Source of the DNA: Clostridia bacterium
Lineage (GTDB): Bacteria > Bacillota > Clostridia > Christensenellales > CAG-917
NCBI GenBank assembly: GCA_028710495.1
Contig: JAQUST010000006.1
Coordinates: 1,993 to 65,992, forward strand
Reading direction: 5' to 3'
Length of the DNA: 64,000 nucleotides
Position numbers and translations under genes: made by a program. The notes beneath the pieces were generated by a model, which was given only the letters and a program-made list of their open reading frames with translations, was not told the DNA's origin and made no database searches. Positions within the stretch are counted from its first letter, which is position 1; the number at the start of each line of letters is the position of its first letter. This document shows positions 45,540 to 55,296 of this stretch, in pieces.

Positions 45540-48500
45540 TTATTCCTTGAATTTGTCGTACTCATCTTTTTTGACTTCAAGTGAATCGGAAGTCTTTGCT
45601 TCTTTTGAGTAGCTAGCCTCAAGTGCCTTTTGCTTTCTTGGCTTGTAGAATTTTTTGACGATAACTGCAACCAAAACCATAATAAGTGCTAATGCCATAA
45701 TGATTGTTGGAATCATCCACCAGAGATAGGTGAGGTCAGGTGACCATGTTGGCTCTTCTTCGTTAGGATCTTCATCATCGTCCACATTTGCTGATGATTC
45801 AGGCGCTTCAATGACGTATGCTCTGCCTGAAGTAAATAGCTCGGATTCGGTGTCAATTGCTTCATATTCTGCTTCTGTCAAAATGCCGAAAGTGACATTG
45901 TCAAACATTGCATATCCAGTCAATAAACTGTTTGTATCTTCTTCGGTTTCTGCATTTTTGCCAAGACCAATTTTCATTGCGACATTGCTGATGTCTGTGT
46001 CTGCAGTCTTAACAAAGAACACATATTCTGTCCAAGTTGAAGTATTGATATTTATAAATTCTTTGTCATTGTCGGTCACCGCAAGTTCAACGTATGCGCC
46101 CTTGTCTTCAGTGACGTTGTAAGTCTTCACCCAAACGCTTATGCGGAAGAAAGTTTCTGCTGAGAGTGTGTAGGCTGTGCTTGTGTAGAAATATCCGTTG
46201 TCTTCTTTATTGTTGATGATAAGGAATCTGCTTCCGCCATTGGACATTGGATTGAGCTCGGAAATTGGAATCTTTGATGCTTCAACATCTGCAGTTATAG
46301 CATCTTTTTCTGCGCCTTCTTCCATTGTGGCATAGCCATCTGGATAACTGATACCGAATACTGAATCAAGATCAATAAATGAACCGAAGTCTTTTGCGTA
46401 AATAACACCTTTCGCTGATTTTGTTGCAGTGCCGCCAGTGACGGCTTCGCCTGTCCAACCATCCGGGGAAGTAAGACTGGATTTTGCTCCTATTTCGTTG
46501 CCTGCTGCGTCAAAACCGTCAGAAAGGAATGACATTTTGCGATTGTTTGTGTCAACTGAAAGTGCATCGAATTCTTCTGAGGTTACTGTTGAACTATATG
46601 TTATTGAATCAAAAATTACAATGCCTTTTGATTTTACTTCATCAGTTACTTCTGCATTTGTTCCAAGCCACATACCAAGCTTGACTGATGTAGAAACAAG
46701 ACCGACTTCAACATAGAAAGTATGCTTTGTCCAAACGCCATCAGAAGTGGTGACTTGAATATAGTTTGTTTGGTCAAATTCGGTTGTTGAACCATTTTCA
46801 CCAATGAGGTAAAGACTGTATGTTACAGTACCGACCGTTCTCACCCAAACTGAAATGGAATAGTTTGTAACTTTTGAGAGTGAAATTGAATCAGAGGCGT
46901 AACCATATGCATATGAGTCAGCGCCCGATGTTCCATCTATGACAAGTGCGTTTGGACCACCGTTCAAGTTGTCGATTGCAGATGCACTGTCTGTTGGCCA
47001 ATTATCATATATGCTCCAGTTTGCTCCGCCGAGTTTGGCGACTTCGTTTTCAACAGCTGAAGAATAACCTAGATTGTCAAGCTGTGAAGCGGGATCGATG
47101 ATAAAATCAGTGCCGTTTCCTGTGTTAAATTTTGCAATGCCTGATTTAACATCAGTATTCTTTGTTGATGAAGCTGTCCAGTTGAGTGGCGTGCCTAAAG
47201 CTGTGCTGAGTTCACCGTCAACCATACCTTCCGTCTCATCCAAATCAATAAGATCAAACGCGCGGTTGTAGATAAGAAGTCCACTTTCAGTTGTGCTGTA
47301 TGATGCGCTAGTGGTGTATGAAGTCACTGCTGAAAGTGAGGTGTACTCAGTTTCGGTGATAGCGCAACAATTTACGTTTGCGAAGAAAGCTGTTCCGTTT
47401 GCAAGAGTGGTTGATGCCCATTTGTCACCCGAACCAATAGCAAGTCTGAGCGAGGCTGTGATATCTTTATCGCTATAGCCACGGACAATAAATGAATATT
47501 CTACCCAATCGTTTGTAAATTCATCTTCATAGTCTGCAGTGTTTATAAGTGCGCTGGCTTTCAAAGTTGCATCGTTTTCATCCAAGAGATAAATGTATGC
47601 TCCCGATGTGGCTTTGATATCTGCGGTCTTAACCCAAACTGAAATGCGGTATGAAGTGTTTCTTATTATATCGAAGTTTGCGCTGTCAATTCTGTAAAGT
47701 TGATTTGCGGTGTTTCTCAACATGAGCACATTTGTTGTGCCGATATTATAAGGCACGCCCGGATTTGCAAGTCCTAGTGTTGTAAAATATTCGTCATCAG
47801 AGGTGTCAACAGTTCCTGCTCTTGTCAATGAATCTATAGTTACACCATCAATTTTTGCATTGTTTGAGTCGGCATCAAAGGACGTGACCCAACCTGACGG
47901 AGTGCCAAGAGTGTTGTCATCATAAGAAATGTTTGCATCATTGAAGTTTGTTCCAAAATTTCCGTCAAAGGTTGTGAAATAATTTGTTTGGCTCAAATTG
48001 AGTCTCATTGATTGATTAGCTTCGCCATCAATCTCTGTATCTTCACTTCCAAATGTAATAACGGGAACTGCTCCGTAGCTATTGTAATTTGCTTCAGAGG
48101 TCTCTGCCAACTTGATGCTGTCAAAGAATGCCCAGCCTTTTGTAAACGTGCCGTCTGACTCATATGTTGTCTGAGTTGTTTTCTTTGTCGTTGTTGTGTA
48201 GTCTTCAGCTGCGCCAGTGTAGCGGGTGACGGATTTTTCCGTATTGTCGGAAGTGTCGCCTGTGCCAAGCCAAAGTTGCATTGTGTATGAAAGGTCACGA
48301 TACTGATTGCCTTTGATTGCAAAAGTATAGGTTGACCAGCCGCTTGTGGTGCCTGCTACTCCGGTTTGAGCTTCTTCGTCATCGTAGACTGATTTTGATA
48401 TGCCTGTAAAGGAAATCTTCTCGCCGTTTCCTGAAAGTGTTATTGTGACACCTTCACCGAAAATGCCGGTTGTGTAAACGGGAACGGTAAGCACATAATA

Positions 48501-49709
48501 TTTGCCTTTTTCAATAACTATAGGTGTTGTTGAATAGAGATACTGTGCTGTCATATAGATTTGCGACAACATATAGACATTCGTGCCGGCTACTCCAGTT
48601 GAGACGCCGGGATTTGTAAGGTCAGAAACCGAGCTTCTTGCAACAACTGCACTGCCTTCAACTGTGTAGATTGTGGTACCAAGTTTTGATTTGCTTGTGG
48701 TGAACGCACTTTCTTCAGTGTTTACAATGCCATTGTAGCGATAGGCTGTCGGCGCTGAGTAATCAGTTGTTGATCCGCCTGTGGAAAGTGTCCAAAGCGA
48801 TGGAGCGGATGAAGATGAACTTGACGCGACTGAACCAAAATCGAATTCACCGTTTGGAACAGTGTATGTGATTTTGTTTATTTGGTCATCCATTGCGTCG
48901 GTGACTTCATCGTATTGAGCTTGTGCGGTTTTTGAATCGGTTGCCGCAATCTTTGCAAGCTCGATATTGTCAAAGAATGCATAACCTGTTGTCAAATACT
49001 CGGAAGTATGTGTGCCGGAGTAGTAACCAAGGGAGAAATTTATTGTGAGTGTTTTGCTTGAATCTTTCGGACCTTCAATATAAATTTCGTAGGTTTCCCA
49101 TTCGCCGTTTGTGTTTATGCTCTTAAATTCGGTGTAGGCAGATGATGCAACATAAATTCTTGCTCCCGCATTTGCGCCGCCTGCAATATCTTCAGTTTTT
49201 ACATCAACTAGAAGTTTGTAATAATAACCAGGTGATATTGTAAATGAAGTGGAGGTGTAGCCGTATGCGGTCGGTCCATATTCAATTTCAGCTTTTGCCT
49301 CATCAACACCGTCAATGTCGGTGTCTGCCGCTGGCATATAAATCATTAATTCGGCGTCATCATCGGGGGCACCGTTTTTGCCAGGGTTTGCCAGATTGTA
49401 CCATTTTGATTTGTTAGCATCATAAGTGGAAGAACTGACATCAATGACACCAGCTATAACATCATTTGGATAAGCAGTGGTTGAAAACGCTGCGCCAGTC
49501 CAATTTGATGGTTTAAGCGGGTAAGTAGTACCGGTGGTAACTTTCAAGTCAGAATTGGTGATAAGCAAACCTTCAGTCAATTCTACGGTTGCTGCGGGGT
49601 CATCTTCTTCTACTTGCGGAGTTGTGTTGTTGCAGGCAGCAAGCATAGCCAGCGACATCACTAACAGTACGATAAGCAATAGGTTGATAATTTTTCTTCT
49701 CTTTTTCAT
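45540..49709 (-). CDS. Large cell-surface lipoprotein with five tandem 235-285-aa jelly-roll/CBM-like modules and a C-terminal TM anchor
   Basis: The lipoprotein signal is MKKRRKIINLLLIVLLVMSLAMLAAC. Five modules each end in G(Y/W/T/I)(A/V)(F/I/M)F(D/A)(N/S)(I/V): GYAFFDNI, GWAFFDSI, GTAFFANV, GIVIFDSI, GYAMFDNV. The C-terminal TM is WWMIPTIIMALALIMVLVAVIV, followed by a K/E-rich tail. The SD is AAGGTG. Confidence 0.8.
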   Translation of the reverse strand: MKKRRKIINLLLIVLLVMSLAMLAACNNTTPQVEEDDPAATVELTEGLLITNSDLKVTTGTTYPLKPSNWTGAAFSTTAYPNDVIAGVIDVSSSTYDANKSKWYNLANPGKNGAPDDDAELMIYMPAADTDIDGVDEAKAEIEYGPTAYGYTSTSFTISPGYYYKLLVDVKTEDIAGGANAGARIYVASSAYTEFKSINTNGEWETYEIYIEGPKDSSKTLTINFSLGYYSGTHTSEYLTTGYAFFDNIELAKIAATDSKTAQAQYDEVTDAMDDQINKITYTVPNGEFDFGSVASSSSSSAPSLWTLSTGGSTTDYSAPTAYRYNGIVNTEESAFTTSKSKLGTTIYTVEGSAVVARSSVSDLTNPGVSTGVAGTNVYMLSQIYMTAQYLYSTTPIVIEKGKYYVLTVPVYTTGIFGEGVTITLSGNGEKISFTGISKSVYDDEEAQTGVAGTTSGWSTYTFAIKGNQYRDLSYTMQLWLGTGDTSDNTEKSVTRYTGAAEDYTTTTKKTTQTTYESDGTFTKGWAFFDSIKLAETSEANYNSYGAVPVITFGSEDTEIDGEANQSMRLNLSQTNYFTTFDGNFGTNFNDANISYDDNTLGTPSGWVTSFDADSNNAKIDGVTIDSLTRAGTVDTSDDEYFTTLGLANPGVPYNIGTTNVLMLRNTANQLYRIDSANFDIIRNTSYRISVWVKTADIKATSGAYIYLLDENDATLKASALINTADYEDEFTNDWVEYSFIVRGYSDKDITASLRLAIGSGDKWASTTLANGTAFFANVNCCAITETEYTSLSAVTSYTTSASYSTTESGLLIYNRAFDLIDLDETEGMVDGELSTALGTPLNWTASSTKNTDVKSGIAKFNTGNGTDFIIDPASQLDNLGYSSAVENEVAKLGGANWSIYDNWPTDSASAIDNLNGGPNALVIDGTSGADSYAYGYASDSISLSKVTNYSISVWVRTVGTVTYSLYLIGENGSTTEFDQTNYIQVTTSDGVWTKHTFYVEVGLVSTSVKLGMWLGTNAEVTDEVKSKGIVIFDSITYSSTVTSEEFDALSVDTNNRKMSFLSDGFDAAGNEIGAKSSLTSPDGWTGEAVTGGTATKSAKGVIYAKDFGSFIDLDSVFGISYPDGYATMEEGAEKDAITADVEASKIPISELNPMSNGGSRFLIINNKEDNGYFYTSTAYTLSAETFFRISVWVKTYNVTEDKGAYVELAVTDNDKEFININTSTWTEYVFFVKTADTDISNVAMKIGLGKNAETEEDTNSLLTGYAMFDNVTFGILTEAEYEAIDTESELFTSGRAYVIEAPESSANVDDDEDPNEEEPTWSPDLTYLWWMIPTIIMALALIMVLVAVIVKKFYKPRKQKALEASYSKEAKTSDSLEVKKDEYDKFKE

Positions 49710-49934
49710 AAAAAAGCACCTTGTAAATATTTAGTGTAGAGATTTGCGTTTATAGTGAAATTTTAGATGTAATTCAGAATTTATTGTATTCGTATAAGCG
49801 CACATAGTATTGTATATTATAAAGCTCAATATTGCAAACATTTTTGATAATTTCCATTAAAAAAGCAAAATATAGTCCTATATACAAGTGTACACTAGCA
49901 AATTTGGTGCAAATATCTTAGGAGAAAACTAATA

Positions 49935-50339
49935 TTGATAGAGAATGAGATTTTGAAATACAAAGAGGAAAGCGCCCAACAAAAACGGAAAAGAATAACA
50001 TTTCTCATACTTGGCGGAATATTTATCGGCTTTGTCAATGGTTTTTTTGGCGCCGGCGGAGGAATGCTTGCTGTGCCGCTTTTATGTTTTGTGGCAGGTC
50101 TCAATGAAAAACAAGCACACGCAACAGCAATAGCCGTGATTTTGCCTTTATCGATTGTGAGTGCAATAGTGTATGTACGTAACGGAGCGCTTGATGCTTC
50201 AATATTCTCCCCGGTTTTGCTTGGCACAATAATAGGTGGTATAGCAGGAGCAGTGTTGCTTTCAAAGCTCAACAACAAAGTGCTTGTTTTGATATTTTAT
50301 TTGGTTATGGTTATTGCAGGAATAAGATTGATAATTTAA
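49935..50339 (+). CDS. Half-size (about 4-TM) TSUP/TauE-SafE family membrane protein, N-half type
   Basis: GFVNGFFGAGGGMLAVPLL is a TSUP signature. The protein is 134 aa, with a TTG start and an AGGAG SD. Confidence 0.7.
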   Translation: MIENEILKYKEESAQQKRKRITFLILGGIFIGFVNGFFGAGGGMLAVPLLCFVAGLNEKQAHATAIAVILPLSIVSAIVYVRNGALDASIFSPVLLGTIIGGIAGAVLLSKLNNKVLVLIFYLVMVIAGIRLII

Positions 50340-50437
50340 AATTTTGCATTTATGCGGAAAAAACATATGTTTTGTGATGTTTTTTTACGCTTTCAACTCA
50401 TTAAATTGAGAAATTATAATTATTAGTGAGGTAAACA

Positions 50438-50812
50438 ATGTTTCTATGGTTTTTACTGGCAGGCTTGGCAGGCGGAGTATTAGGTGGGATGGGAATGGGA
50501 GGTGGAACGCTCCTGATTCCTATTTTGACATTAGTCTTGAATGTGCCTCAGCAAGCAGCGCAATGTATAAATCTTCTGGCATTTGTGCCAATGAGCTTGT
50601 TTGCGCTATACCTGCATTTTAAGAACAGACTTATTGAGGCCAAAGGTTTGCTGTATATTTTGGTGCCTGCCGTAATTTTTGCTGTTATTTCCTCATCTTT
50701 AGCTGTCGGCGCTCCTCCTGAGTTGCTTAAAAAACTTTTTGGAGGTTTTTTGATAGTGCTAGCCATTTTCGGTGTCGTAACAAGTTTTGTCCGTGCAAAA
50801 CAGAAAAACTAA
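50438..50812 (+). CDS. Half-size (about 4-TM) TSUP/TauE-SafE family membrane protein, second half
   Basis: GGVLGGMGMGGGTLLIPIL is a TSUP signature. The protein is 124 aa and has its own GTGAGG SD. Confidence 0.7.
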   Translation: MFLWFLLAGLAGGVLGGMGMGGGTLLIPILTLVLNVPQQAAQCINLLAFVPMSLFALYLHFKNRLIEAKGLLYILVPAVIFAVISSSLAVGAPPELLKKLFGGFLIVLAIFGVVTSFVRAKQKN

Positions 50813-51271
50813 ATTAATAACGAATAGTTGACAAAGAGGTCTATGTCCGTTTAGTTCCTCGCAAAACAAAAAATAAATTACCAAACTAGAAGTTAACTAG
50901 TGTTTAAGTCTGTTTAGTCTAGACAAAGACAACAACTAAATTTGCAACAAAAAAAATAATATACTTTTTCAATTTCGATTTACGTTCTTTAATTTGCCTT
51001 TTTTAAATTGAGTAATAAATTCATGTCGAAAACCTATTCTGCTCCTTTCTTCATTTTAATACGGAAAACAAATATTGTTCAATATTAAATTATTAAGATT
51101 GTAAAATAATCCTGGCAATATTGAAAAAAATATTAAATATTAAATTGTTAAAACTGTAAAAATAATACTATTATTTTAAGTTCATGTTTGAATTTTCAAC
51201 AAAAAATGTATTTGAAATCACAAATAAATGTTAAATATGTGCAAATAATGGATATAACTTTATTAAGTATA

Positions 51272-51300
51272 TTGACAATTATAGTATTTCAATGTAAAAT
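51272..51300 (+). promoter_or_regulatory. Sigma-A-type promoter of the rnf operon
   Basis: TTGACA (51272-51277), 17-nt spacer, TAAAAT (51295-51300). Confidence 0.55.
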
Positions 51301-51334
51301 TAGTCGAAATATAAGTACTAAATAAGGAAGAAGA

Positions 51335-52627
51335 ATGGCAAAAACTTTCAAACACGGCACACATCCGCCGGAAAACAAGATAACAGAAAATTCCCCACTT
51401 GTTGAGTTTGCAGTGCCTGAGAAACTTTACATATCTTTATCTCAACATATTGGCGCTCCTGCGCAAGCTATTGTTGAAGTCGGAGATAGTGTCAAAGCGG
51501 GTACTCTCATTGGCAAGGCTGGAGGATTCGTTTCAGCAAATATTTTCTCATCAGTTTCCGGAAAGGTAACAAATATTGTCACTCTCCCAACTGCTACGGG
51601 CGGAGAGGCAAAGCATATTGAAATTCAAAACGACTTCAGGTATGAAACGGTTTCACTTCCCGAAATTACTGTTCCCACAAAAGAAAACATATTAGAACGC
51701 GTCAAAGAGGCTGGTATCGTAGGCATGGGGGGAGCGACATTCCCGACGCATGTCAAACTTTCGCCCTCAAAACCTGTTGACACCTTAATAATAAACGGAG
51801 CAGAATGTGAGCCATATATCACTTGTGATTACAGACTTATGCTTGAAAAAACCGATGAGTTTATTGAAGGTGTGAAGCTTTTAATGACGGCGCTGTCCGT
51901 AGAAAAAGCTTATATAGGTATTGAAAACAATAAGAAAGAGGCAATTGAACTGCTGGCAGAAAAATGCCCGCCAAAAATAGAAGTTGTCGAACTCAAATCA
52001 AAATATCCACAAGGCGCAGAAAAACAACTGATTTATTCAATAACTCGCAGAGTTGTACCGACTGGCGGACTTCCTATGGATGTCGGAGTTGTGGTGAACA
52101 ACGTGCATACTGCCTATTCCGTTGCAAGAGCGATAAAGGGTGAACCTTGTTATATGCGTGCTATGACTGTTTCGGGTGACGGAGTCGAAAAGATAGGCAA
52201 TTATTTTGCCCGTACTGGCTTAACTTATAAATTCATTTATGACGAGTGCCGTGGCAATGTGGCAGAAGAAGTCACTTGCAAAGTGATAAGCGGCGGACCA
52301 ATGATGGGATTTGCGCAGGCAAACTTGAAGCCTGCCACCACAAAGGGCACTTCATCCTTACTTTTTCTATCAGAAATCAGAATATCCAAAAGCGATACTA
52401 CCGCGTGCATAAATTGTGGACGATGCGGTATGGGTTGCCCTATGAATCTTCTCCCGAATGAAATCGAAGAAAACACATTGCACCGCAATTTTGAAGAAGT
52501 AATAAAACTCAATGTCGCAAGCTGTATCGAATGTGGTGTTTGCACCTACAACTGCCCCGCAAAGAGACCTTTATTGCAGGCAATACGACTTGCAAAACGC
52601 ATTATAAAAGAAAAGGGGTTGAAGTAA
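51335..52627 (+). CDS. rnfC: Rnf complex subunit C
   Basis: GMGGATFPTHVKL is present, with two 4Fe-4S motifs (CINCGRCGMGCP and CIECGVCTYNCP). Confidence 0.93.
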   Translation: MAKTFKHGTHPPENKITENSPLVEFAVPEKLYISLSQHIGAPAQAIVEVGDSVKAGTLIGKAGGFVSANIFSSVSGKVTNIVTLPTATGGEAKHIEIQNDFRYETVSLPEITVPTKENILERVKEAGIVGMGGATFPTHVKLSPSKPVDTLIINGAECEPYITCDYRLMLEKTDEFIEGVKLLMTALSVEKAYIGIENNKKEAIELLAEKCPPKIEVVELKSKYPQGAEKQLIYSITRRVVPTGGLPMDVGVVVNNVHTAYSVARAIKGEPCYMRAMTVSGDGVEKIGNYFARTGLTYKFIYDECRGNVAEEVTCKVISGGPMMGFAQANLKPATTKGTSSLLFLSEIRISKSDTTACINCGRCGMGCPMNLLPNEIEENTLHRNFEEVIKLNVASCIECGVCTYNCPAKRPLLQAIRLAKRIIKEKGLK

Positions 52628-53709
52628 TGGAAAATTATCTTGTATCATCATCACCCCATATCACAAGTCCGCGCACCACAAGAAATATTATGCTCGATGT
52701 CATTATCGCGCTTGTTCCCTGCGTAATCGCATCGGTCTTGATTTATGGATTGTATCCTTTAGTCAGCATTTTGCTGTGTGTCGGCAGTGCCGTTTTTGCG
52801 GAATGGCTGTTCAACCTTATTCGCAAAAAACCTCAAACTGTCGGTGATTTGTCCGCAGTGGTAACGGGTGTTATTCTTGGATTAAACCTGCCTGCTGTTG
52901 TTCCGCTTTTTGTACCGGTTATCGGCGCTTTTTTTGCAATCATAATTGTCAAAATGTTGTTTGGCGGTATCGGCAAAAACTTTGCAAACCCTGCTATAAC
53001 AGCGCGTATATTTTTAGTGCTTGCCTGGGGTGGAGTTATGACATCATATGTTTTGCCAATAAACTTGGCAAACGGAGCGGGTGAGCTTGTCAAATATTTA
53101 TCAGAAGCTTTCAATATAAATCTTCCTGCTGCGATAACCTCTGCAACACCTCTTGCTTCAGTCAAAGCGGCAATCGAATCGGGTGCAAATCCTGCAAACG
53201 GTTTGTCAGCACTCAATATGTTCCTAGGGAAAATAGGCGGAAGCGCAGGTGAAGTTTCCACTCTTGCAGTGCTTATCGGCGGAGTTTATTTGGCTGTACG
53301 CAAAGTCATTGATGTGAAAATTCCAATAATTTATATTGGAACAACGGCTATTTTTACTGCAATATTTTTTGCTAACAGCGGTTATGTAGGCGAATATGTT
53401 TGGACTTATATGCTTGGCGGCGGATTGGTATTCGGTGCTGTGTTTATGGCAACAGATTATGCAACAACTCCAAACACCAATCTCGGCAGAATTATATTTG
53501 CTTGCGGATGTGGTTTTTTGACTGTTATAATACGCAAATTTTCAACAATGCCTGAAGGCGTTTCATTTGCAATTTTGCTTATGAATATTGTATCGCCGCT
53601 CATTGAAAAAATAATACCAAAACCATACGGTCATCCAAAGCGCAGTATGATGGATTATTTTGCAGAAAAGAAAGCACAAAAAGTTGCAAAAGGAGGTTCA
53701 AATGTCTAA
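52627..53709 (+). CDS. rnfD: Rnf complex subunit D
   Basis: The start MENYLVSSSPHITSPRTTRNIMLDV overlaps the rnfC stop (TAATG). The upstream extension in the track lies inside rnfC. Confidence 0.9.
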   Translation: MENYLVSSSPHITSPRTTRNIMLDVIIALVPCVIASVLIYGLYPLVSILLCVGSAVFAEWLFNLIRKKPQTVGDLSAVVTGVILGLNLPAVVPLFVPVIGAFFAIIIVKMLFGGIGKNFANPAITARIFLVLAWGGVMTSYVLPINLANGAGELVKYLSEAFNINLPAAITSATPLASVKAAIESGANPANGLSALNMFLGKIGGSAGEVSTLAVLIGGVYLAVRKVIDVKIPIIYIGTTAIFTAIFFANSGYVGEYVWTYMLGGGLVFGAVFMATDYATTPNTNLGRIIFACGCGFLTVIIRKFSTMPEGVSFAILLMNIVSPLIEKIIPKPYGHPKRSMMDYFAEKKAQKVAKGGSNV

Positions 53710-54568
53710 TAAAGAAAAAACCTCTAACATGGATATTCAAAAAGTGAAAGTCAATGACTTGAAGATGAAAGAACAAGAAATGAAAGAGCAAGAATTGAAA
53801 GAAAATGCTTTCACTGAGCAAGTACAAGAAGTAAAAGAAAAAGAAAGCGAAAATTTTGATGCAATTGATAAGATAGATGCAGGTATGGCAAATCTAAAGG
53901 CCATGGCAGAAACTAAAAACGGAGATGAGCCAAAACGCAAGCTGTCACGAAGCACCCGCGATATTTTGAAATGTATTATTGTTTTGACAGTGATTGCAGT
54001 TTTTGCAGGTGCATTGCTTGGAACTATAAACTATTTGACTTATGTAGATGCTGATGCCGCAATTATTTCGGAAATTGCATCACACTATTCAGTTTCGAGT
54101 GAGCTTGTCCGAAAGGATGAGTCGCGAATAATTTCACAAGATGGAGCAAAAAGCTATATCGAGGATTGTTTTGTGGTCCTCAAAGCTGTTGGCAGCGTTG
54201 GCGACGGCACTCCTTCGATAGGAAACCCAATTGACGTCGACGCAATTATTTATCGCGCGGTTGGTTCAGGCGCATACAGTGGCACTGTTGAACTTTTAGT
54301 GTTTGTGAGTGACGATGTCGTCACCGACATAACAGTTTATGCTCAAGAGGAAACAAAGGGTATCGGTTCAAAGGCTCTTGCTGTAAGTCATTTATCTCAA
54401 TATATTGGGGTCAATCTGAGTGATGTCGAAAGTTTTGTCAAATCCAATGACGGAACTGCGGACAGCGATATTGAGTTTATATCAGGCGCGACAAAAACTT
54501 CAACGGCAGTCAACAATGCTTTGAATGCAGTTTTGTATGCGTACAATAATTTTGGAGGTGCAAGATAA
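53702..54568 (+). CDS. rnfG: Rnf complex subunit G with an about 90-aa K/E-rich N-terminal extension
   Basis: AGGAGG lies at 53691-53696 and the ATG at 53702. The TM is ILKCIIVLTVIAVFAGALLG and the FMN-attachment motif is ISGATKTS. Confidence 0.85.
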   Translation: MSNKEKTSNMDIQKVKVNDLKMKEQEMKEQELKENAFTEQVQEVKEKESENFDAIDKIDAGMANLKAMAETKNGDEPKRKLSRSTRDILKCIIVLTVIAVFAGALLGTINYLTYVDADAAIISEIASHYSVSSELVRKDESRIISQDGAKSYIEDCFVVLKAVGSVGDGTPSIGNPIDVDAIIYRAVGSGAYSGTVELLVFVSDDVVTDITVYAQEETKGIGSKALAVSHLSQYIGVNLSDVESFVKSNDGTADSDIEFISGATKTSTAVNNALNAVLYAYNNFGGAR

Positions 54569-55296
54569 TGAAACGCAGCTTCAAACAAAATATGATAAAA
54601 AGTGGCGCAATCGTTTCTAACGGTATCATCACAAACAATCCAGTTTTCAGACTAGTGCTTGGAACTTGCCCAGTGCTAGCTGTCACAACAAGTGCAGTCA
54701 ATGGCCTAGGTATGGGGCTTGCGGCAACATTTGTCTTGCTATGCTCAAATATGCTGGTTTCTGCGCTTCGCAGAGTTATTCCTGATAAAGTAAGGATTCC
54801 TGCCTATGTGCTTATTATAGCGACCTTTGTCACGGTGGTGCAAATGGTGTTAAGGAAGTTTATTCCCTCGCTTTATGACTCGTTGGGAATATATCTGCCA
54901 CTTATTGTTGTCAACTGCATAATCTTGGCGCGCGCAGAAGCATTTGCTTCAACCAATCCTGTTTTGGACAGCGCACTCGACGGAATAGGTATGGGACTCG
55001 GCTTCACCGCCGCCCTTATGTTAATAGGTATAATTCGTGAATTCTTTGGCTCGGGCTCATTCTTCTTCGGCGAGCTTGCAGGAATAAAAATGGGTTGGCA
55101 GTTTAGTGCATTGAGCGATTTCTCAATGTCAATATTTATTTTGCCTGCAGGTGGATTTTTGGTGTTCGGGTTGCTTATGGCAGCTGTTAATGCGTTAACT
55201 GATTATGCGCAAAAGAAAAAAGATAAGGCAACTCAAATGAGAAAATCTGAAATAAAAGCAAAAAATGAAATAAAATCTGAGGAGGTGGCACTATGA
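54568..55296 (+). CDS. rnfE: Rnf complex subunit E
   Basis: NNPVFRLVLGTCPVLAVTTSAVNG. The GGAGGTG SD is present and the start overlaps the upstream stop (TAATG). Confidence 0.92.
   Translation: MKRSFKQNMIKSGAIVSNGIITNNPVFRLVLGTCPVLAVTTSAVNGLGMGLAATFVLLCSNMLVSALRRVIPDKVRIPAYVLIIATFVTVVQMVLRKFIPSLYDSLGIYLPLIVVNCIILARAEAFASTNPVLDSALDGIGMGLGFTAALMLIGIIREFFGSGSFFFGELAGIKMGWQFSALSDFSMSIFILPAGGFLVFGLLMAAVNALTDYAQKKKDKATQMRKSEIKAKNEIKSEEVAL

Noticed and set aside
51188-51199. Rex operator in front of rnfC
   Set aside because: TTGAA-N2-TTCAA is shorter than the TTGTGAA-N4-6-TTCACAA type box and spaced differently. The flanks (tgtttgaa / ttcaaca) are out of register by one base. It is kept only as a low-confidence note inside a finding.
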